DNA of 64,000 nucleotides from Candidatus Melainabacteria bacterium 17Bon1m (GTDB lineage Bacteria; Cyanobacteriota; Vampirovibrionia; Obscuribacterales; Obscuribacteraceae): positions 64,001-128,000 of the forward strand of contig JAVLKG010000008.1 in NCBI GenBank assembly GCA_032128875.1, given 5' to 3'. Made by a program: the position numbers and the translations under genes. Of the stretch, positions 57,928-64,000 are shown piece after piece. The notes under the pieces were generated by a model. That model was given only the letters and a program-made list of their open reading frames with translations. It was not told the origin of the DNA and made no database searches. The first letter of the stretch is position 1, and every line of letters begins with the position of its first letter.

Positions 57928-60096
57928 ATGGACAAAAAGTCCTTCAAGTGGTTCGGGTGGATTGCCTTTGGATTGCTGCTCGTGTTTGCATTCACATCGT
58001 TGAACAACAACGGTGCGAACTCGCAGAACGGTCAGGCCAATCCGGCGACCCCCACGACCATCACGTTTTCCGATGCTCAGACGACGATTCGCGACAGCGC
58101 GTCGACGATCAAGAGCGTCACCCTCCTCAAGTCTCCGCAGGGGACTGTGCGGGAGGCCATCATCGAGCGTACCGACGGCAGCCGCCAGCAGGTGGTTGTC
58201 CCCGGTGAAGCCGGCGCCGAACGCCTGCTGACCGCGCTCAGCGATTCCAAAGTCACGCACGTTGCCGAAGAGCCGAAGGAGGCTTCCGGTTGGTCCGCAT
58301 TCGGCGGAACGCTGCTCAGCATCGGCATGATGATTCTGCCTCTCATCTTCATCTTCTGGCTGTTCAGCCGGATGCAGGGTGGCGGGGGCATTCAGCGCCA
58401 GATCGGGCAGTCGGGTGCCAAGAAGATCGAGCCTTCGACCGACTCCAAGACGTTTGCTGACGTCGCTGGTGCGGAAGAGGCGAAGCGGGAGTTGATGGAA
58501 ATCGTCGACTTCCTGCGCGATCCTTCCGAGCTGCGCGAAATCGGTGGCAAGCCGCCCAAGGGCGTGCTGCTCATCGGTGACCCCGGCAACGGCAAGACGC
58601 TGATCGCCAAGGCAGTCGCGGGTGAAGCGAAGGTTCCGTTCTTCGCCATCTCCGGCTCGCAGTTCGTCGAGATGTTCGTCGGCGTGGGTGCGTCCCGCGT
58701 GCGCGAATTCTTCGACACTGCCCGCAAGCATTCGCCTGCGGTTCTCTTCATCGACGAAATCGACGCGGTCGGTCGCCAGCGCGGCTCCGGCGTCGGTGGC
58801 GGCAACGACGAGCGCGAACAGACGCTCAACCAGCTGCTGGTCGAGATGGACGGCTTCACGCCGAACACCTCGCTGGTGGTCATCGCTGCCACGAACCGTC
58901 CGGACGTCCTCGACCCCGCGCTTCTGCGTCCGGGCCGTTTCGACCTCCAGGTGCTTGTGGATCACCCCGACGTTGTCGGGCGTGAAGAGATCATCAAGAT
59001 CCACGTCCGCAAGAAGAAGGTCGGCAAGGACTTCTCCGCGAAGGTGCTGGCTGAGCTCACTCCGGGCTTCTCCGGCGCTCAGCTGGAAGGTCTGACCGAC
59101 CAGGGCGCGCTCGTTGCTCTGCGCCGCATCCGTGCGCTCCGCAAGGAAGCGCGCAAGGGCGGCATGAGCGAAGGCGAAGTGAAGAAGAACTTCCCGTTCG
59201 AAGTCAGCATGGCGGACTTTGCCGAAGGCATCGACCGCGTGCAGATGGGTCCGGCGAAGGAAGGTCGCGCTGCCCGCATGTCCGAGAAGGACATGAAGAA
59301 CACCGCTTACCACGAAGTCGGCCACGCCTGGATTTCCCAGGTCATGCACGACCTCGACAAGGGCGGTGATCCGGTCGCGAAGATCACGATCGTGCCGCGT
59401 GCTCGCGCGCTGGGTTACACGCAGTCGCTCCCGAAGGGCGACCGCTACAACTACACGCGTGACGAGCTGCTGGCTCGCATCATGATGGCGATGGGTGGTC
59501 GCGTTGCTCAGGAGATCTTCCTGAACACCGTCGACACCGGCGCTCAGAACGACTTCGTCCAGGCGAAGAACATCGCCTTCCGCATGGTCACCGAGTTCGG
59601 CATGTCCGACCTCGGCCCGATCTCCGTCTCTGAAGGCGGGCAGTCTCCGTTCCTCGGTCGCCAGATGGCGATGGGTTCGGATGCCGGTCCCGAGCTGAAG
59701 AACAAGATCGACGCGGAGTGGGTGAAGATCGTGAACGAGTGCTACCGCGCCACGCACGAGATCATCGGCCGTGACAAGGAGGCGTTCATCCGCGTCTCCG
59801 AAGCGCTGCTCAAGAAGGAGACGCTGCTCGGCGACGAGTGGCTGGCTCTGTACAAGGGCTCGGAATGCGCCACTTGCGGTGAGGAAGTCGTCGAGAAGGC
59901 GATGGAGCACTGCGTGACCGGCGACTGCACCGACCCGATCGCTCCCGCGAAGGCTCAGCCGGCTGCGGAAGTGGTTGTGGCGAAGCCGGAAGGCGATGCT
60001 GCCGTTGCGAAGCCGGAAGGCGACGCCGCTGCTGCGAAGCCGGAAGGTGACGCTGCTGCTGCCAAGCCGGAAGGCGACGGTAGCGAGAGCAAGTAA
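57928..60096 (+). CDS. ftsH: FtsH ATP-dependent zinc metalloprotease (divergent)
   Basis: 2 TMs, [40 protein letters not shown]. Confidence 0.95.
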   Translation: MDKKSFKWFGWIAFGLLLVFAFTSLNNNGANSQNGQANPATPTTITFSDAQTTIRDSASTIKSVTLLKSPQGTVREAIIERTDGSRQQVVVPGEAGAERLLTALSDSKVTHVAEEPKEASGWSAFGGTLLSIGMMILPLIFIFWLFSRMQGGGGIQRQIGQSGAKKIEPSTDSKTFADVAGAEEAKRELMEIVDFLRDPSELREIGGKPPKGVLLIGDPGNGKTLIAKAVAGEAKVPFFAISGSQFVEMFVGVGASRVREFFDTARKHSPAVLFIDEIDAVGRQRGSGVGGGNDEREQTLNQLLVEMDGFTPNTSLVVIAATNRPDVLDPALLRPGRFDLQVLVDHPDVVGREEIIKIHVRKKKVGKDFSAKVLAELTPGFSGAQLEGLTDQGALVALRRIRALRKEARKGGMSEGEVKKNFPFEVSMADFAEGIDRVQMGPAKEGRAARMSEKDMKNTAYHEVGHAWISQVMHDLDKGGDPVAKITIVPRARALGYTQSLPKGDRYNYTRDELLARIMMAMGGRVAQEIFLNTVDTGAQNDFVQAKNIAFRMVTEFGMSDLGPISVSEGGQSPFLGRQMAMGSDAGPELKNKIDAEWVKIVNECYRATHEIIGRDKEAFIRVSEALLKKETLLGDEWLALYKGSECATCGEEVVEKAMEHCVTGDCTDPIAPAKAQPAAEVVVAKPEGDAAVAKPEGDAAAAKPEGDAAAAKPEGDGSESK
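59980..60078 (+). repeat. 27-bp coding tandem repeat (AKPEGDAAx) in the FtsH tail
   Basis: Units start at 59980, 60007, 60034 and 60061. Confidence 0.9.
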
Positions 60097-60103
60097 GTGC
60101 CTC

Positions 60104-60193
60104 GTAGGGGGTGACCTAGTGTTGCCCCCGCGCCAGGCGCTTATGCGCGACACACTCAGGTAGGGCTGGGCACCACATTCGGTGATCAGTCCT
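60104..60193 (+). repeat. Two GTAG-headed REP-like hairpins
   Basis: GTAG-GGGGTGAC-CTAGT-GTTGCCCC; GTAGGGCTGGGCACCACATTCGGTGATCAGTCCT, related to 46277-46311. Confidence 0.55.
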
Positions 60194-60518
60194 TCCTGCC
60201 CGACGGCTCACAAAGCCGTTCGGGCAAAACGCAGCGGGAGTCAAAGCCCGGGCTGTGGCCGCTTGAGATAAGCAATCTCATAAACCGCGATGCTCGCATT
60301 GCGGAAGCCGACGGTAAGAAATCGGCGAACAACAATCTGTGGAACCCTGCAATTTGCGCAGGTTCCTCATGTCCTCACGCCTGCTCCGGCAGCCGTGGTT
60401 GCAACTCTCAACGGGAGCATTCCCGAACCAATTACGGTGGTTTTCACCGGCTGCTTGGCGCACACAGAGTGCCTTGCAGGAAATGAAGCGCTGACGCGCT
60501 TTTTTGGAGTAACTAAAC

Positions 60519-61658
60519 ATGACCGACATCATGTCCATGGTCACAGCCGGCTTCAACATCGGTGGCATTGCCGCGATGATTGCGGGTCTGGCTGTGCTCA
60601 TCATCGTTCATGAATTTGGGCACTGGCTCGCAGCTCAGATGCTCGGGTTCAAGACGCCCATCTTCAGCATCGGTTTCGGCAAGCCGTTCTTCGTCCTCGG
60701 ACGCTGGCGCGACACCGAGTTCCGCATCACACCCTGGCTGCTCGGCGGCTATGTGGCTCTGCCCGAAATGGGCGACGAGTCCAGCGCCAAGGAGTTCATG
60801 AAGGCCAACGGTCTGGAAACGCAAGGCTTCGTCTACCAGCGCAAAGCCATTTGGCGGCGCGCTATCGTAGCGGTCGCCGGCGTGACCATGAACATCCTGC
60901 TCGCGGTCGTCCTCTTGTTCGGCATGTTTGCCACCAAGGGCGTTCCGACGCAGGAAGCCGTTCCCAACACCGTCGTCATCTACAATGTCGACGCCAACAA
61001 CACGACCATCGCTCGCGACGCCGGCCTTCAGGGCGGCGACCGCGTCGTCACCATCGGCGGTCACAACGTGACTACCGTCGACGACGTGCGCAACAACCTG
61101 GCTTCGCATCCGTCGCAGCCGGTCGTTGTCGTAATCGAGCGCAATGGTCAGAACGTCACCGTCACGCTCACCCCGACTTCCGAAGGGAAAATCGGCGTGG
61201 CCATGGGTCCGCAGATCCGCAACACCTACAAGGAAGTGTCCGTCGGCGAGGCTGCGAAGCTCTCGGTTGTCGGCACCTACAACGGTGTGACGGGCATTCT
61301 GCATGGGCTCGGCATGATGGTCGGCATCGTCGAGAAGCCGGCCAATCTGCCTGACGGCGCCACTGACGTTCATGCCATCGTCGGCATCGTCAGCTACGGC
61401 GCGGACATGTTCGCACAGGGCTTTGCGCCCTTCGTCATGTTCCTCGTCATGATCAGCCTCAACCTGGCCGTGTTCAACCTGCTGCCCATCCCCATCTTGG
61501 ACGGTGGTCACCTGGTGTTCCTGGCACTCGAGAAGGTGCGCGGCAGGCCGCTGTCTCCTCAGACGCAGGGGCTGCTGTACCAGATCTTCTTCTTCCTGTT
61601 CATGGCCCTGCTCGCCTTCGGCTTGTGGAACGACTTCACGAAGCCCATCGGCAAGTAA
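60519..61658 (+). CDS. rseP: RseP-like site-2 (M50) protease with one PDZ domain
   Basis: HEFGH, FSIGFG, LGGYV, AGVTMN, AGLQGGD, NLLPIPILDGGH. Confidence 0.93.
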   Translation: MTDIMSMVTAGFNIGGIAAMIAGLAVLIIVHEFGHWLAAQMLGFKTPIFSIGFGKPFFVLGRWRDTEFRITPWLLGGYVALPEMGDESSAKEFMKANGLETQGFVYQRKAIWRRAIVAVAGVTMNILLAVVLLFGMFATKGVPTQEAVPNTVVIYNVDANNTTIARDAGLQGGDRVVTIGGHNVTTVDDVRNNLASHPSQPVVVVIERNGQNVTVTLTPTSEGKIGVAMGPQIRNTYKEVSVGEAAKLSVVGTYNGVTGILHGLGMMVGIVEKPANLPDGATDVHAIVGIVSYGADMFAQGFAPFVMFLVMISLNLAVFNLLPIPILDGGHLVFLALEKVRGRPLSPQTQGLLYQIFFFLFMALLAFGLWNDFTKPIGK

Positions 61659-61807
61659 CGCCAAGACGGAAAGCAGTCCGCTCTGGTCGTCCGTGAGCAA
61701 CGCAAACGCTGCCCGTAAAAAGGCGGCGTTTGCGTTCTCAAACTTAACCGCGGTGTAAATGCCGCACTACATGCGCTGCGAAAAACGACAGCGCAGTGGG
61801 GAATACC

Positions 61808-62047
61808 ATGCAAGAATTTCTGCATGCCAGTTGGCCTGTTCTGGCGATAATTTTCGTCCTCTCGGCATCGATTACGATGTTCTCCAAGCAGATCGCGGAC
61901 TTCCTGTTCGCTCCGAAACCGGGTGGTCATCCGCTCGTTCAGGTGTTCAAGCTCATGGCTTACATGATGACTTGGATCTTCTTGCCCATCGCAACTGCGG
62001 TGGTCGCCTTGATGAGCCTCATCGCTCTCATTGGCGCCTTTGCATAG
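61808..62047 (+). CDS. Small 2-TM membrane protein
   Basis: Two hydrophobic helices. Confidence 0.6.
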   Translation: MQEFLHASWPVLAIIFVLSASITMFSKQIADFLFAPKPGGHPLVQVFKLMAYMMTWIFLPIATAVVALMSLIALIGAFA

Positions 62048-62859
62048 CCAAGGACGCATTGGCCTGAGCGTTTCCTGTGCGCCGGTTGGATACACGATGA
62101 AAGTCGTGTGTCCCGCCTGCGCATCTGGAAACGTCTCTTTTTGCGGCCGCCTTACTACTCTCTTTAGTATATTTATTCAATTCGTAGATGTTTCAACCCC
62201 CCACTGCTTTACAATGAAAGGAAGCGAACACTCCTACGCACCGTATTTGGTGCTCCGCCGATAATCCTTATGACAGACGAAAAGGACAATAAGAGGCTCA
62301 TTGGCGTCGGGCCAATTGAGCTAAGAGAGAGTCCTTTCTATTCTTGTTGAACTCAGAAAGAAGAAGAAGAAGAAGTTATAACTGGTTTGCTCGAATTCTT
62401 TGTCACCCAAACCACTCCATCTTCCTCAAACAATTTCGAATCGTTTTTGTCTCATTAAAACTGGTTTGCGATTTAATCAAACCTCTGAAGACTCGCACAT
62501 CGAGCGCATCTACGCGTGAGTCGTGCGATGTTCGCCAAATTATTGCAGTAAAAACCGCAATGAAAACGATGAAAAGTTCAAACAAATACTTGGTTTTGCC
62601 TGTTGCCAAGAGGTACGTTCTTAGTACACCTTTTCTCCCTTTTGCACACCCGGACAATCAACAAACACAGACAAAACAGCACTATCCGCTGAATGTACGT
62701 CGAACAATGCGTTCGACAGTCGCCCACCGATTTCACCGCCACCCCCGCTTGAAAGACAAACTGGCTTGCCAAGCCGGTTTGTGCACAACTTAGCGCAAAC
62801 AGCACAAGAAGTCTCACATCAAATCTCTCCGGCAAGACCGGAAGAAAGAGAAACCGACA

Positions 62860-63051
62860 ATGGCTTTCCACAAGCAGCGTGACCGCCGTTCCACCAACAC
62901 TCTGGCGCAGAGCGAGCCGCTCACGGGGCGCGGCGACGACCAGTTCAACCAGTTCGAACAGCTGGCGGAGGAAAACGAAAGCCACAAGGCGAGCCGTCGC
63001 GACCGGCGCCTGAACAAGCGGCTCTACAAGCGCGACCCCTACGCCGAGTAA
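62860..63051 (+). CDS. Small Arg-rich hypothetical protein
   Basis: 63 aa; nearly all codons end in C/G. Confidence 0.6.
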   Translation: MAFHKQRDRRSTNTLAQSEPLTGRGDDQFNQFEQLAEENESHKASRRDRRLNKRLYKRDPYAE

Positions 63052-63119
63052 GCACGCGCAGAGACACGCGGCAAACAGTTTCGACAAACGAGTTCATCAA
63101 AAACGCCAGGAGACAACAA

Positions 63120-63503
63120 ATGATCGCAGTCGATAACGCAAAGCTCTACGCGAAATTCATCGCAGCGGTGGAACTACTGTCATCGCTCGATCACACGCTG
63201 GCAGACGCGCGCGCATCCGTCACCAACATGGCGTGGCCCGAGGAGCACGGCAAGTTTCGCTTCTTCTATGACGAAATTGGCACAGCGACCAATCTACACA
63301 AGGCCGCTCACAACGCCATGCTGTCCTCGGCGTCGAACCTGCTCACCAGCAACACAATTGAGACGTTCTTCGTCCTGACGCGCGATGCCTGTCAGCGCGC
63401 TTTCGCGGCGCTGGAATTCGCAAATCGCGAAATCGGCAACTACTACACGAAATATCTCGATGTTTTCAAGGAAGCCGTCGAGAAGACCGAGAAGTTTCAG
63501 TAA
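63120..63503 (+). CDS. Hypothetical helical protein
   Basis: AGGAG RBS, 127 aa. Confidence 0.7.
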   Translation: MIAVDNAKLYAKFIAAVELLSSLDHTLADARASVTNMAWPEEHGKFRFFYDEIGTATNLHKAAHNAMLSSASNLLTSNTIETFFVLTRDACQRAFAALEFANREIGNYYTKYLDVFKEAVEKTEKFQ

Positions 63504-63558
63504 CTGTAACTCCTGCTTTCACCAGCATCAGAAGCTACTTTCAATCAAGGACAATGAA

Positions 63559-63948
63559 ATGCTCGGACACGCCGGTCACATCAACGCTCGTTTGCTGGCA
63601 GCTCTCAACGCGCTCGCCACCCGCCGCGAGCACATCCGTGTCGAAGCAATTGTGGTTCGCTCCTTCCGCAAGGACTTCGGCGCCGACAAAGAGGGTCTGC
63701 TGGAAGCTCTCCTGGAGCTGCTCGAGGCGTACACTTTCGAGCCGTGGAAGCATCAGTTGCCGAGCGGACTCGGACACATCTGCATCGTCATCCACCGTCT
63801 CATCAGCGAGATCTACCAGCACGACGCGGTGGCGCGAGTCGCGAAATATCGGCGCGCGGTTCAATATCTCGAAGTTCACGGTCACGAGTGGGCATCCGCC
63901 TTCCACGCCGTCGCCGACTACGTCGAACGGCAGAACAAGAGGGCTTAA
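63559..63948 (+). CDS. Hypothetical protein
   Basis: AAGGA RBS, codon bias; start moved to ATG 63559. Confidence 0.6.
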   Translation: MLGHAGHINARLLAALNALATRREHIRVEAIVVRSFRKDFGADKEGLLEALLELLEAYTFEPWKHQLPSGLGHICIVIHRLISEIYQHDAVARVAKYRRAVQYLEVHGHEWASAFHAVADYVERQNKRA

Positions 63949-64000
63949 GCAAAACTTGCAGACGGTGCCAGAGAGGCAAATGTATATGGACAATTCACGC

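Noticed and set aside
57922-60153. 743-aa - strand ORF (likewise 60513-61700, 36008-36982, 45337-46320)
   Set aside because: Antisense shadows of ftsH, rseP, truD and the papain-like gene, caused by codon bias
1-64000. Prophage, IS, tRNA or rRNA
   Set aside because: No integrase, transposase or virion genes, and no tRNA/rRNA signatures recognised by eye; tRNAscan and Infernal were not run

Overview
Bacterial chromosomal window, most consistent with a non-photosynthetic cyanobacterial relative (Melainabacteria/Obscuribacterales-like). This is inferred from the Zn-ribbon/kinase/TM/LRR Ser/Thr kinases, a ycf45-like AAA-R3H gene, btpA and DUF4388. Ordinary housekeeping genes (folC, PLP decarboxylase, M20 amidohydrolase, proS, btpA) alternate with blocks of visibly C/G-ending-codon-biased genes. 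These blocks carry divergent versions of adk, truD, ftsH, rseP, patatins, a DEDDh exonuclease, tldD/pmbA, an M4/M36-type protease and many orphans. Most blocks are preceded by long non-coding regions, and several have hairpin-rich leaders and spacers. The most striking element is at 10674-12567: three tandem small proteins built from 7 copies of a DGSIDKxATRERRLFG-like motif, separated by two homologous 300-390 nt spacers. The helices in these spacers show compensatory base changes, keep an invariant ACCUG loop, and end in a stem that covers the next start codon. This is a candidate undescribed structured-RNA plus repeat-protein system. GT(A/G)G-headed REP-like palindromes are scattered through the window. 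No rRNA, tRNA, CRISPR array, transposase or phage structural genes were recognised. All alignments and RNA pairings were made by eye.
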